NCBI RefSeq assembly: GCF_003018255.1
Contig: NZ_CP027440.1
From: Escherichia coli
GTDB lineage: Bacteria; Pseudomonadota; Gammaproteobacteria; Enterobacterales; Enterobacteriaceae
Strand: one strand, 5' to 3'
DNA: 64,000 nt
Shown: positions 10,555 to 24,101 of the stretch, one piece after another
How the letters are laid out: each line of letters opens with the position of its first letter
Position numbering within the stretch: position 1 is the stretch's first letter
Program-made: the position numbers and the translations under genes
The notes under the pieces: model-generated
What the model was told of the DNA's origin: nothing
The model's database searches: none
Seen by the model: the letters and a program-made list of their open reading frames with translations, nothing else

Positions 10555-12276
10555 TTACAAACCCTGCTTAAACTGGTAATAACGCCCCTGTCTGGCAAGC
10601 AGTTCTGCGTGAGTACCTTGCTCAATAATTTGCCCGTTGTCCATCACTATTATTTGTTGGAAACGAGAGAGTCCGCGAAGTCGATGGGTGACCATTAACA
10701 CCGTTTTCTCATGCATCATTTCTGCAAGCAATTCAAGGATCTGACTTTCGGTTGTGGCATCTAAGCCTTCTGTAGGTTCATCCAGCAATACCAGCGGCGC
10801 ATTATGTAACAGCGCACGGGCGATAGCCAGACGGCGTAGTTCACCACCGGAGAGCTGGCGTCCGCCTTCACCCAACCAACTGTTGAGACCTGCATCCTCG
10901 AGCAGCTTCTCCAGACCAACGCGACGTAAGATCTCCGCCAGAGCCTCATCACTACTGCCAGGCGAGGCGAGTAACAGATTATCACGCAGCGTGGCGCTAA
11001 ACAGATGCACTCGCTGAGGAACAACGCTGATGGTCTGTCGTAGAGTCGCTTCATTCAGGCTGGCTATGGGGCTACCGTTAAGCAAAATCTCGCCCTGTTG
11101 CGGGTCCCATGCGCGGGTCAGCAGTTGTAACAGTGTTGATTTGCCGCATCCGGTTCGCCCGAGAATCGCTATATGTTCCCCGGCGTTTACCTGAAGAGAA
11201 ATCCCTTTAAGTGCCTGTTGGGATTGCTCCGGATAATTGAATTGAACATCCCGTAACGTCAGCGAAACGCGATCGGCAACACGAGTTTGGGTATCAGGGA
11301 AGGTGACTTCCGGTTTTTGATCCGTTAAGTCAGTGATCCGTACGGCAGAGGCAATGACTTGCCCCAGATGCTGAAATGCACCCGTTACTGGTGCCAGTGC
11401 TTCAAACGCGGCTAACGCGCAGAAGACAAACAGGGCAATTAACGCGCCGGGTTGAGCATTGCCGCCAACGCCGCCAGACGCCATCCACAGCATCAGGATC
11501 ACCGCTAACGCGCCAATGAGCAGCATTATCGCTTGCGACAATGCGGTGAGTTCAGATTGACGACGTTGCGCTTCCAGCCACTGAATTTCTGTATTCTCTA
11601 ATTGCGTGCGATAACGATCGCTGGCACCAAAGATGGTCAGCTCAGCTTGCCCTTGCAGCCAGGCCGTCAGTTGTTGGCGATACTGCCCGCGAAGATGAGT
11701 CAGATTTTGCCCGGTGCTTTTTCCCGCACGATAAAACAGTGGTGGCATAAGGAAAAGCGTCAGTAACATAATGCCGCCCAGCGTAAAGGCGAGGGTGAAA
11801 TCAAGGAAACTTAACCCGATTGTCACCACCATAATCACCACAAAAGCGCCCACCAGCGGCGAGATAACGCGCAGGTAAAGATGATCGAGCGTATCAACAT
11901 CCGCCACCACGCGGTTGAGCAATTCGCCCTGACGATAGCGCGCCAGTCCGGCAGGGGAGAGGGGCAGCAATTTGCTGAAGGTATAAATGCGCAGATGCTG
12001 CAACACGCGGAAAGTCGCGTCGTGACTTACCAGACGTTCAAAATAGCGCCCGGCAGTACGGGTGATTGCTGCACCACGCACGCCCGCAGCGGGTAGCATA
12101 TAGTTGAAGCTGTACAGTCCGGCAACCCCCGCTACCGCTGAGGCCGAGAGGAACCAGCCGGAAAGTGTCAACAGACCGATACTGGCGAGCAGCGTGACAA
12201 TTGCCAGCACAATACCAAGACTTAACATCCATTTATGACGTTTATACAGTGCCAGATAGGGTAGCAAAGCGCGCAT
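10555..12276 (-). CDS. cydC: Cysteine/glutathione ABC exporter subunit CydC
   Basis: 573 aa; N-terminal TM domain + C-terminal ABC ATPase (GRTGCGKST, LSGGELRR). Confidence 0.9.
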   Translation of the reverse strand: MRALLPYLALYKRHKWMLSLGIVLAIVTLLASIGLLTLSGWFLSASAVAGVAGLYSFNYMLPAAGVRGAAITRTAGRYFERLVSHDATFRVLQHLRIYTFSKLLPLSPAGLARYRQGELLNRVVADVDTLDHLYLRVISPLVGAFVVIMVVTIGLSFLDFTLAFTLGGIMLLTLFLMPPLFYRAGKSTGQNLTHLRGQYRQQLTAWLQGQAELTIFGASDRYRTQLENTEIQWLEAQRRQSELTALSQAIMLLIGALAVILMLWMASGGVGGNAQPGALIALFVFCALAAFEALAPVTGAFQHLGQVIASAVRITDLTDQKPEVTFPDTQTRVADRVSLTLRDVQFNYPEQSQQALKGISLQVNAGEHIAILGRTGCGKSTLLQLLTRAWDPQQGEILLNGSPIASLNEATLRQTISVVPQRVHLFSATLRDNLLLASPGSSDEALAEILRRVGLEKLLEDAGLNSWLGEGGRQLSGGELRRLAIARALLHNAPLVLLDEPTEGLDATTESQILELLAEMMHEKTVLMVTHRLRGLSRFQQIIVMDNGQIIEQGTHAELLARQGRYYQFKQGL

Positions 12277-14043
12277 TTAAATCTCCTCCTGACGATGGGC
12301 CAGTAATGTGGCGAATGGGCCGCCAGCCACACTTAATTCCGCGTAACGTCCTTGCTCAATAATCTGACCATCCTGCATTACCCAAATGACATCCCAGTCA
12401 GCAAGATCTTCTAACTGGTGGGTGACCATTAACGTTGTCTGGCGCAGAGAGGCGGCATTCAGCGCCTCCATTACGCGCTGTTCACTGTGAGCATCAAGGC
12501 TGGCAGCGGGTTCATCCAACAGTAATAGCGAACAGGGATTTAGTAACGCACGGGCCACCGCCACGCGCTGCGCCTGCCCCACGGAAAGGCGGGCAGCCTG
12601 GTCGCCAACAGGCGTATCAACGCCTTGTGGCAGGAGCGGTAGAAACTCACTGACCCAGGCGTTATCCAGCGCTGTTTGTAACTCGTGTTCGCTGGCATCA
12701 GGTCGTGCCAGTAGTACGTTATCCCGTAGTGTTGCTGCCGGTAATTGTGGGTTTTGCCCAACCCAGGAGAGATGCTTACGCCATGATTCCGGTGATAAAT
12801 CGCGTAATTCTATCCCGTTGATTCGTAGCGATCCCTGATATGAGAGAAAACCAGAAAGCGCGTTCAGCAGTGAGCTTTTACCTGAACCGCTGCGACCAAC
12901 CAACACTGCACGTTGGCCTGCTGGCAAAGTAAAGTTCAGCGGTCCAGCCAGCGTTTTACCTTCTGGTGATGTAATAAACAGATCCTCGGCTTCAATGGTC
13001 ACCGGATCGGTTGATGCTAATTCCGCCTCACCACGTTGCGGATGGGCTAGCGGGGTTTCCATAAACGTTTTCAGACTGTCAGCTGCGCCAACAGCCTGGG
13101 CTTTAGCATGATAAAACGTACCGAGATCGCGTAATGGCTGGAAAAACTCCGGCGCAAGGATCAGGGCCAGAAAACCCGCAGCCAGCGTCACGCCAGTATC
13201 ATAGTGACCAAAATCCAGCTCGCCGAGATAGGAAAAACCAAAGTAGACCGCCACCAGAGCAATTGACAGCGAGGTAAAAAATTCGAGAATGCCGGAGGAT
13301 AAAAACGCCAGCCGTAGCACTTCCATTGTCCGTTGGCGGAAATCTTCCGAAGCAGAACGAATACTTTCAATTTCAGCTTCACCACGACCAAAAATACGCA
13401 ATGTTTCCATGCCGCGCAGGCGATCGAGGAAATGCCCACTTAAGCGAGCAAGAGCGAGAAAGTTACGTCGGTTAGCATCGGCAGCCCCCATTCCAACCAG
13501 CGCCATAAACAACGGAATTAACGGTGCAGTGCCCAGCAGAATAAGCGCCGCAGCCCAGTTAGACGGGAAGATCGCCACCACAATCAGCAAAGGCACGGAC
13601 ACTGCCAGCGCCATTTGCGGCAGGTAGCGTGCATAGTAATCATGCATATCGTCAATTTGCTCGAGTACCAGCGTCGCCCAGCTCCCCGCCGGTTTACCCT
13701 GAATCCACGCTGGCCCTGCTTGTTGCAGACGGTCGAGAACCTGACGGCGGATGGCAAAGCGGATATGCTGCCCGGCGTGATAACCCACCCGTTCGCGTAA
13801 CCAGACCACCCATGCGCGCAGTACAAAGGTCAGAACCAGTAACGTAAAGGGAAGCAGCAGGGCTTCACGGGGAATATTCTCCATAATCATATGTTGCAGA
13901 ATTCGCGCCATGAACCAGGCCTGGGCAATGATCAATATGCCGCTCACAAAGCCCAGCAGACGAGAAATATTCAGCCAACGTTGGGAGATGACGCTTTGCT
14001 GTTTTAACCAGCGGGTTAACTCTTTTTGACGGGATTTATTCAT
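12277..14043 (-). CDS. cydD: Cysteine/glutathione ABC exporter subunit CydD
   Basis: 588 aa; ABC motifs [17 protein letters not shown]; directly abuts cydC. Confidence 0.9.
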   Translation of the reverse strand: MNKSRQKELTRWLKQQSVISQRWLNISRLLGFVSGILIIAQAWFMARILQHMIMENIPREALLLPFTLLVLTFVLRAWVVWLRERVGYHAGQHIRFAIRRQVLDRLQQAGPAWIQGKPAGSWATLVLEQIDDMHDYYARYLPQMALAVSVPLLIVVAIFPSNWAAALILLGTAPLIPLFMALVGMGAADANRRNFLALARLSGHFLDRLRGMETLRIFGRGEAEIESIRSASEDFRQRTMEVLRLAFLSSGILEFFTSLSIALVAVYFGFSYLGELDFGHYDTGVTLAAGFLALILAPEFFQPLRDLGTFYHAKAQAVGAADSLKTFMETPLAHPQRGEAELASTDPVTIEAEDLFITSPEGKTLAGPLNFTLPAGQRAVLVGRSGSGKSSLLNALSGFLSYQGSLRINGIELRDLSPESWRKHLSWVGQNPQLPAATLRDNVLLARPDASEHELQTALDNAWVSEFLPLLPQGVDTPVGDQAARLSVGQAQRVAVARALLNPCSLLLLDEPAASLDAHSEQRVMEALNAASLRQTTLMVTHQLEDLADWDVIWVMQDGQIIEQGRYAELSVAGGPFATLLAHRQEEI

Positions 14044-14100
14044 TGCACGCTTAGCAGGTGAGTTATCAGAATTATTTGCAGAGCAATGTTACAACGAGGA

Positions 14101-14137
14101 AAAAATAAAGGCGACCCATAGTCGCATGGTGTCGCCT
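14101..14137 (-). terminator. Rho-independent terminator downstream of trxB
   Basis: GC-rich inverted repeat ggcgac...gtcgcc followed by U tract on minus strand. Confidence 0.6.
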
Positions 14138-14165
14138 TCTTTACTTTTGTTACTGATTTGTAAAA

Positions 14166-15248
<1,083 letters not shown>

Positions 15249-15674
15249 TCAAATTCTCCCGTCATTATCACCTCTGCTACTTAAATTTCCCGCTTTATAA
15301 GCCGATTAAATGATGAATAAACGCCCCTGTTAATGAATATCTGGCATGTTGTACTAAAAATCGATGTTTTGCTTTGACAATCCCCTGGTGTTTTGCGAAA
15401 ACATTCGAGGAAGAAAAAAACAGTATTCTTATATGCGCATAACCATGCATGTAAATACCATGTTTACCGTGCTAGTGAAATCTACGTATGGCGTGGACAG
15501 ACGCCATTCGTGATGTCGATAGCTGCCACAAGGCAACGGTCTTCTCACCGTAGACCCAGGCATTGCGCGCCGTGAATCTTCATGATTTCGGTCTATCGTG
15601 ACGGGTAGCGACTCTGAACAGTGATGTTTCAGGGTCAGACAGGAGTAGGGAAGGAATACAGAGAGACAATAATA

Positions 15675-16169
15675 ATGGTAGATAGCAAGAAGCGCCCTGG
15701 CAAAGATCTCGACCGTATCGATCGTAACATTCTTAATGAGTTGCAAAAGGATGGGCGTATTTCTAACGTCGAGCTTTCTAAACGTGTGGGACTTTCCCCA
15801 ACGCCGTGCCTTGAGCGTGTGCGTCGGCTGGAAAGACAAGGGTTTATTCAGGGCTATACGGCGCTGCTGAACCCCCATTATCTGGATGCATCACTTCTGG
15901 TATTCGTTGAGATTACTCTGAATCGTGGCGCACCGGATGTGTTTGAACAATTCAATACCGCTGTACAAAAACTTGAAGAAATTCAGGAGTGTCATTTAGT
16001 ATCCGGTGATTTCGACTACCTGTTGAAAACACGCGTGCCGGATATGTCAGCTTACCGTAAGTTGCTGGGGGAAACCCTGCTGCGTCTGCCTGGCGTCAAT
16101 GACACACGGACATACGTTGTTATGGAAGAAGTCAAGCAGAGTAATCGTCTGGTTATTAAGACGCGCTAA
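15675..16169 (+). CDS. lrp: Leucine-responsive regulatory protein Lrp
   Basis: 164 aa from MVDSKKRPGKDLDRIDRNILNELQKDGRISN; long untranslated leader upstream. Confidence 0.95.
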   Translation: MVDSKKRPGKDLDRIDRNILNELQKDGRISNVELSKRVGLSPTPCLERVRRLERQGFIQGYTALLNPHYLDASLLVFVEITLNRGAPDVFEQFNTAVQKLEEIQECHLVSGDFDYLLKTRVPDMSAYRKLLGETLLRLPGVNDTRTYVVMEEVKQSNRLVIKTR

Positions 16170-16303
16170 CACGGAACAGGTGCAAAATCGGCGTATTTTG
16201 ATTACACTCCTGTTAATCCATACAGCAACAGTACTGGGGTAACCTGGTACTGTTGTCCGTTTTAGCATCGGGCAGGAAAAGCCTGTAACCTGGAGAGCCT
16301 TTC

Positions 16304-19300
16304 TTGAGCCAGGAATACACTGAAGACAAAGAAGTCACATTGACAAAGTTAAGTAGCGGCCGCCGCCTTCTGGAGGCGTTGCTGATCCTTATTGTCCTGT
16401 TTGCCGTCTGGTTGATGGCTGCCTTACTAAGCTTTAACCCTTCGGACCCCAGCTGGTCGCAAACGGCCTGGCATGAACCTATCCATAATTTAGGTGGGAT
16501 GCCCGGTGCGTGGTTGGCGGATACGCTGTTCTTTATTTTTGGCGTGATGGCTTACACCATTCCCGTCATTATTGTCGGCGGTTGTTGGTTTGCCTGGCGT
16601 CATCAGTCCAGCGACGAATACATTGATTATTTTGCCGTTTCGCTACGCATCATTGGCGTTTTGGCGCTCATCCTTACCTCCTGTGGTCTGGCGGCAATCA
16701 ACGCTGACGATATCTGGTATTTTGCCTCCGGTGGCGTCATTGGCAGCTTACTAAGCACTACGCTACAACCACTGCTACACAGTAGCGGGGGAACTATTGC
16801 GCTGCTCTGCGTTTGGGCAGCGGGCCTGACGCTGTTCACCGGTTGGTCATGGGTGACCATTGCTGAAAAACTCGGCGGCTGGATTTTAAACATTCTCACC
16901 TTCGCCAGTAATCGTACCCGTCGCGATGATACGTGGGTCGATGAAGATGAGTATGAAGACGACGAAGAGTATGAAGATGAAAATCACGGCAAACAGCATG
17001 AATCACGCCGTGCCCGTATTCTTCGCGGCGCGCTAGCGCGTCGTAAACGGTTGGCGGAAAAATTCATTAATCCGATGGGGCGGCAAACAGACGCTGCGTT
17101 GTTCTCCGGTAAGCGGATGGATGATGACGAAGAGATTACCTACACTGCACGCGGTGTGGCTGCCGACCCTGACGACGTCCTCTTTTCGGGCAATCGTGCA
17201 ACGCAGCCAGAATATGACGAGTACGATCCATTATTAAACGGTGCGCCAATTACCGAACCTGTTGCTGTAGCAGCTGCTGCTACCACGGCGACGCAAAGCT
17301 GGGCTGCACCGGTTGAACCTGTGACTCAGACGCCACCTGTTGCCTCTGTTGATGTTCCACCTGCGCAACCTACAGTAGCCTGGCAGCCTGTACCGGGGCC
17401 GCAAACGGGAGAACCGGTTATTGCTCCTGCACCGGAAGGTTACCCACAGCAGCCACAATATGCGCAGCCTGCAGTGCAATATAATGAGCCGCTGCAACAA
17501 CCAGTACAGCCACAGCAGCCGTATTATGCACCTGCAGCTGAACAACCTGCGCAACAACCTTACTACGCTCCTGCGGCGGAACAACCTGTTCAGCAACCGT
17601 ATTACTCCCCTGCGCCAGAACAACCGGTGGCAGGTAACGCCTGGCAAGCCGAAGAGCTGCAATCCACTTTTGCTCCACAGTCTACATACCAGACTGAGCA
17701 AACTTATCAGCAGCCAGCCGCTCAGGAACCGTTGTACCAACAGCCGCAACCTGTTGAACAGCAGCCTGTTGTGGAGCCTGAACCCGTTGTAGAAGAGACA
17801 AAACCCGCGCGTCCGCCGCTTTACTACTTTGAAGAAGTGGAAGAGAAGCGAGCCCGTGAACGTGAACAACTTGCGGCCTGGTATCAACCGATTCCAGAAC
17901 CGGTTAAAGAACCAGAACCGATCAAATCTTCGCTAAAAGCACCTTCTGTTGCAGCAGTACCTCCAGTGGAAGCCGCTGCCGCCGTTTCTCCGCTGGCATC
18001 TGGCGTGAAAAAAGCGACACTGGCGACGGGGGCTGCCGCAACCGTTGCCGCGCCAGTCTTCAGTCTGGCAAATAGCGCTGGACCGCGTCCGCAGGTCAAA
18101 GAGGGGATTGGCCCCCAGTTGCCACGACCGAAACGCATCCGCGTGCCAACTCGTCGTGAACTGGCGTCTTACGGTATTAAGCTGCCCTCACAGCGTGCGG
18201 CAGAAGAAAAAGCCCGTGAAGCCCAGCGCAATCAGTATGATTCTGGCGATCAGTATAACGATGATGAAATTGATGCGATGCAGCAGGATGAACTGGCGCG
18301 TCAATTCGCCCAGACACAGCAGCAACGCTACGGCGAACAGTATCAACATGATGTGCCCGTGAACGCAGAAGATGCAGATGCTGCGGCAGAGGCTGAACTG
18401 GCTCGTCAGTTTGCTCAAACTCAACAACAACGTTATTCCGGCGAACAACCGGCTGGGGCGAATCCGTTCTCGCTGGATGATTTTGAATTTTCGCCAATGA
18501 AAGCGTTGCTGGATGATGGTCCACACGAACCGCTGTTTACGCCAATTGTTGAACCTGTACAGCAGCCGCAACAACCGATTGCACCGCAGCAACAGTATCA
18601 GCAGCCGCAGCAACCAGTTGCGCCGCAGCAGCAATATCAGCAGCCGCAACAGCCGGTTGCGCCGCAGCCGCAGTATCAGCAGCCACAACAGCCGGTTGCA
18701 CAGCAGCCGCAACAACCGGTTGCACCGCAGCAGCAATATCAGCAGCCACAACAGCCGGTTACACAGCAGCCGCAGTATCAGCAGCCGCAACAGCCAGTTG
18801 CGCCACAGCCGCAGGATACCCTGCTTCATCCGCTGTTGATGCGTAATGGCGACAGCCGTCCGTTGCATAAACCGACGACGCCACTGCCTTCTCTGGATTT
18901 GCTGACACCGCCGCCGAGCGAAGTGGAGCCGGTAGATACCTTTGCGCTTGAACAAATGGCGCGCCTGGTAGAAGCGCGTCTGGCTGATTTCCGTATTAAA
19001 GCCGATGTTGTCAATTACTCTCCGGGGCCAGTTATCACTCGCTTTGAACTTAACCTGGCACCGGGCGTAAAAGCGGCGCGCATTTCTAACTTGTCACGGG
19101 ACCTTGCCCGTTCACTTTCGACGGTGGCGGTGCGTGTCGTTGAAGTTATTCCTGGCAAACCCTATGTAGGTCTGGAGTTACCGAATAAAAAACGACAAAC
19201 CGTTTATCTGCGCGAAGTTTTGGATAACGCCAAATTCCGCGATAATCCGTCGCCATTAACCGTGGTGCTGGGTAAAGATATCGCCGGTGAGCCGGTGGTT

Positions 19301-20356
19301 GCCGATCTGGCGAAAATGCCGCACTTGTTGGTTGCGGGGACTACCGGTTCCGGTAAGTCTGTCGGTGTGAACGCGATGATCCTGAGCATGCTTTATAAAG
19401 CACAGCCAGAAGATGTGCGTTTCATCATGATCGACCCGAAAATGCTGGAGCTTTCGGTTTATGAAGGCATTCCGCATCTGTTAACGGAAGTCGTTACTGA
19501 TATGAAAGATGCCGCCAACGCGCTGCGCTGGTGTGTTAACGAGATGGAGCGTCGTTATAAACTGATGTCTGCGCTGGGTGTGCGTAATCTGGCGGGTTAT
19601 AACGAAAAAATTGCTGAAGCCGATCGCATGATGCGTCCGATTCCAGACCCGTACTGGAAGCCGGGTGATAGTATGGATGCGCAGCATCCGGTGCTGAAAA
19701 AAGAACCGTACATAGTGGTGTTGGTGGACGAATTTGCCGACCTGATGATGACGGTAGGTAAAAAAGTGGAAGAGCTGATAGCACGTCTGGCGCAAAAAGC
19801 CCGTGCCGCGGGTATCCACCTCGTACTGGCAACGCAGCGTCCATCGGTTGATGTTATTACTGGTCTGATTAAAGCGAATATTCCGACCCGTATCGCCTTT
19901 ACCGTATCCAGTAAGATTGACTCACGTACCATTCTTGATCAGGCTGGCGCGGAATCACTGCTGGGTATGGGGGATATGCTCTACTCTGGGCCGAACTCCA
20001 CGTTGCCGGTACGTGTCCATGGTGCTTTTGTTCGCGATCAGGAAGTTCATGCCGTGGTGCAGGACTGGAAAGCGCGTGGTCGCCCACAGTATGTTGATGG
20101 CATCACCTCCGACAGCGAAAGCGAAGGTGGTGCGGGTGGTTTCGATGGCGCTGAAGAACTGGATCCGTTGTTCGATCAGGCGGTGCAGTTTGTCACTGAA
20201 AAACGCAAAGCGTCAATTTCAGGCGTACAGCGTCAGTTCCGCATTGGTTATAACCGTGCAGCGCGTATTATCGAACAGATGGAAGCGCAAGGGATTGTCA
20301 GCGAACAGGGGCACAACGGTAATCGTGAAGTGCTGGCCCCACCGCCGTTTGACTAA
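16304..20356 (+). CDS. ftsK: DNA translocase FtsK (TTG start); 1350 aa with expanded Pro/Gln-rich linker
   Basis: N-terminal TM domain, PQ-rich repeats, C-terminal motor with Walker A GTTGSGKS and gamma domain; RBS ggagag upstream of TTG. Confidence 0.9.
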   Translation: MSQEYTEDKEVTLTKLSSGRRLLEALLILIVLFAVWLMAALLSFNPSDPSWSQTAWHEPIHNLGGMPGAWLADTLFFIFGVMAYTIPVIIVGGCWFAWRHQSSDEYIDYFAVSLRIIGVLALILTSCGLAAINADDIWYFASGGVIGSLLSTTLQPLLHSSGGTIALLCVWAAGLTLFTGWSWVTIAEKLGGWILNILTFASNRTRRDDTWVDEDEYEDDEEYEDENHGKQHESRRARILRGALARRKRLAEKFINPMGRQTDAALFSGKRMDDDEEITYTARGVAADPDDVLFSGNRATQPEYDEYDPLLNGAPITEPVAVAAAATTATQSWAAPVEPVTQTPPVASVDVPPAQPTVAWQPVPGPQTGEPVIAPAPEGYPQQPQYAQPAVQYNEPLQQPVQPQQPYYAPAAEQPAQQPYYAPAAEQPVQQPYYSPAPEQPVAGNAWQAEELQSTFAPQSTYQTEQTYQQPAAQEPLYQQPQPVEQQPVVEPEPVVEETKPARPPLYYFEEVEEKRAREREQLAAWYQPIPEPVKEPEPIKSSLKAPSVAAVPPVEAAAAVSPLASGVKKATLATGAAATVAAPVFSLANSAGPRPQVKEGIGPQLPRPKRIRVPTRRELASYGIKLPSQRAAEEKAREAQRNQYDSGDQYNDDEIDAMQQDELARQFAQTQQQRYGEQYQHDVPVNAEDADAAAEAELARQFAQTQQQRYSGEQPAGANPFSLDDFEFSPMKALLDDGPHEPLFTPIVEPVQQPQQPIAPQQQYQQPQQPVAPQQQYQQPQQPVAPQPQYQQPQQPVAQQPQQPVAPQQQYQQPQQPVTQQPQYQQPQQPVAPQPQDTLLHPLLMRNGDSRPLHKPTTPLPSLDLLTPPPSEVEPVDTFALEQMARLVEARLADFRIKADVVNYSPGPVITRFELNLAPGVKAARISNLSRDLARSLSTVAVRVVEVIPGKPYVGLELPNKKRQTVYLREVLDNAKFRDNPSPLTVVLGKDIAGEPVVADLAKMPHLLVAGTTGSGKSVGVNAMILSMLYKAQPEDVRFIMIDPKMLELSVYEGIPHLLTEVVTDMKDAANALRWCVNEMERRYKLMSALGVRNLAGYNEKIAEADRMMRPIPDPYWKPGDSMDAQHPVLKKEPYIVVLVDEFADLMMTVGKKVEELIARLAQKARAAGIHLVLATQRPSVDVITGLIKANIPTRIAFTVSSKIDSRTILDQAGAESLLGMGDMLYSGPNSTLPVRVHGAFVRDQEVHAVVQDWKARGRPQYVDGITSDSESEGGAGGFDGAEELDPLFDQAVQFVTEKRKASISGVQRQFRIGYNRAARIIEQMEAQGIVSEQGHNGNREVLAPPPFD

Positions 20357-20367
20357 TTAATGCATCG

Positions 20368-20403
20368 TAGGCCGGATAAGGCGCGGTAGCGTCGCATCCG
20401 GCA
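20368..20403. repeat. REP (repetitive extragenic palindromic) element
   Basis: gccggataaggcg...cgcatccggc imperfect palindrome typical of E. coli REP units. Confidence 0.7.
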
Positions 20404-20514
20404 CTCTAACAACTGAAAATTCAGTATTTTCTTCTTTCCTCAAGCTGATTATTAGCCTGGAATAGAGAGTAGAGGGAACTCCCGATCGGGAGTGACGTAA
20501 TTTGAGGAATAATG

Positions 20515-21126
20515 ATGAAAAAAATTGCCATCACCTGTGCATTACTCTCAAGCTTAGTAGCAAGCAGCGTTTGGGCTGATGCCGCAAGCGATCTTAAAAG
20601 CCGCCTGGATAAAGTCAGCAGCTTCCACGCCAGCTTCACACAAAAAGTGACTGACGGTAGCGGCGCGGCGGTGCAGGAAGGCCAGGGCGATCTGTGGGTG
20701 AAACGTCCAAATTTATTCAACTGGCATATGACTCAACCTGATGAAAGCATTCTGGTTTCTGACGGTAAAACACTGTGGTTCTATAACCCGTTCGTTGAGC
20801 AAGCTACGGCAACCTGGCTGAAAGATGCCACCGGTAATACGCCGTTTATGCTGATTGCCCGCAACCAGTCCAGCGACTGGCAGCAGTACAATATCAAACA
20901 GAATGGCGATGACTTTGTCCTGACGCCGAAAGCCAGCAATGGCAATCTGAAGCAGTTCACCATTAACGTGGGACGTGATGGCACAATCCATCAGTTTAGC
21001 GCGGTGGAGCAGGACGATCAGCGCAGCAGTTATCAGCTGAAATCCCAGCAAAATGGGGTTGTGGATGCAGCGAAATTTACCTTCACCCCGCCGCAAGGCG
21101 TCACGGTAGATGATCAACGTAAGTAG
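20515..21126 (+). CDS. lolA: Outer-membrane lipoprotein carrier LolA
   Basis: 203 aa with signal peptide [21 protein letters not shown]. Confidence 0.9.
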   Translation: MKKIAITCALLSSLVASSVWADAASDLKSRLDKVSSFHASFTQKVTDGSGAAVQEGQGDLWVKRPNLFNWHMTQPDESILVSDGKTLWFYNPFVEQATATWLKDATGNTPFMLIARNQSSDWQQYNIKQNGDDFVLTPKASNGNLKQFTINVGRDGTIHQFSAVEQDDQRSSYQLKSQQNGVVDAAKFTFTPPQGVTVDDQRK

Positions 21127-21136
21127 AGGCACCTGA

Positions 21137-22480
21137 GTGAGCAATCTGTCGCTCGATTTTTCGGATAATACTTTTCAACCTCTGGCCGCGCGTATGCGGC
21201 CAGAAAATTTAGCACAGTATATCGGCCAGCAACATTTGCTGGCTGCGGGGAAGCCGTTGCCGCGCGCTATCGAAGCCGGGCATTTGCATTCTATGATCCT
21301 CTGGGGGCCACCGGGTACCGGCAAAACAACCCTCGCTGAAGTGATTGCCCGCTATGCGAACGCTGATGTGGAACGTATTTCTGCTGTCACCTCTGGCGTG
21401 AAAGAGATTCGCGAGGCGATTGAGCGCGCTCGGCAAAACCGCAATGCAGGTCGCCGCACTATTCTTTTTGTTGACGAAGTTCACCGTTTCAACAAAAGCC
21501 AGCAGGATGCATTTCTGCCACATATTGAAGACGGCACCATCACTTTTATTGGCGCAACCACTGAAAACCCGTCGTTTGAGCTTAATTCGGCACTGCTTTC
21601 CCGTGCCCGTGTCTATCTGCTGAAATCCCTGAGTACAGAGGATATTGAGCAGGTGCTTACTCAGGCGATGGAAGACAAAACCCGTGGCTATGGTGGTCAG
21701 GATATTGTTCTGCCAGATGAAACACGACGTGCCATTGCTGAACTGGTGAATGGCGACGCGCGCCGGGCGTTAAATACGCTGGAAATGATGGCGGATATGG
21801 CCGAAGTCGATGATAGCGGTAAGCGGGTCCTGAAGCCTGAATTACTGACCGAAATCGCCGGTGAACGTAGCGCCCGCTTTGATAACAAAGGAGATCGCTT
21901 TTACGATCTGATTTCCGCACTGCATAAGTCGGTACGTGGTAGCGCACCCGATGCGGCGCTGTACTGGTATGCGCGAATTATTACCGCTGGTGGCGATCCG
22001 TTATATGTCGCGCGTCGCTGTCTGGCGATTGCGTCTGAAGACGTCGGTAATGCCGATCCACGGGCGATGCAGGTGGCAATTGCGGCCTGGGATTGCTTTA
22101 CTCGCGTTGGCCCGGCGGAAGGTGAACGCGCCATTGCTCAGGCGATTGTTTACCTGGCTTGCGCGCCAAAAAGCAACGCTGTCTACACTGCGTTTAAAGC
22201 CGCGCTGGCGGATGCACGCGAACGTCCGGATTATGACGTGCCGGTTCATTTGCGTAATGCGCCGACGAAATTAATGAAGGAAATGGGCTACGGGCAGGAA
22301 TATCGTTACGCTCATGATGAAGCAAACGCTTATGCTGCCGGTGAGGTTTATTTCCCGCCGGAAATAGCACAAACACGCTATTATTTCCCGACAAACAGGG
22401 GCCTTGAAGGCAAGATTGGCGAAAAGCTCGCCTGGCTGGCTGAACAGGATCAAAATAGCCCCATAAAACGCTACCGTTAA
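21137..22480 (+). CDS. rarA: Replication-associated recombination protein A (AAA+ ATPase), GTG start
   Basis: 447 aa; Walker [10 protein letters not shown]. Confidence 0.9.
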
Positions 22481-22549
22481 TGTTATCGTTGCGGTAATGT
22501 TGTTACTGTATCCCTGTGGTCGCAGGCTGTGGCCACATCTCCCATTTAA

Positions 22550-23863
<1,314 letters not shown>

Positions 23864-23883
23864 TACCCAATTTTTCTGAATCT

Positions 23884-23909
23884 AAAAAGCGCCTGCGGGC
23901 GCTTTTTTT
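23884..23909 (+). terminator. Rho-independent terminator downstream of serS
   Basis: agcgcc-tgcg-ggcgct hairpin followed by 7 T. Confidence 0.8.
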
Positions 23910-24101
23910 GTCTCCCTTTGATACCGAACAATAATTACTCCTCACTTACACGTAATACTACTTTCGAGTGAAAATCTACCTATCTCTTTGATTTTCAAAT
24001 TATTCGATGTATACAAGCCTATATAGCGAACTGCTATAGAAATAATTACACAATACGGTTTGTTACTGGAATCAATCGTGAGCAAGCTTGAGTGAGCCAT
24101 T

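Noticed and set aside
17234-18955. Several 60-255-aa ORFs antisense/out-of-frame within the ftsK linker
   Set aside because: Arise from the reiterated CAG/CCG-rich linker codons; low-complexity products; nested in a well-supported gene.
23988-24000. FNR-like half-site (ttgattttcaaat) upstream of dmsA
   Set aside because: Second half-site matches the ATCAA consensus poorly; cannot support an FNR site from sequence alone, though dmsABC is known to be FNR-activated.
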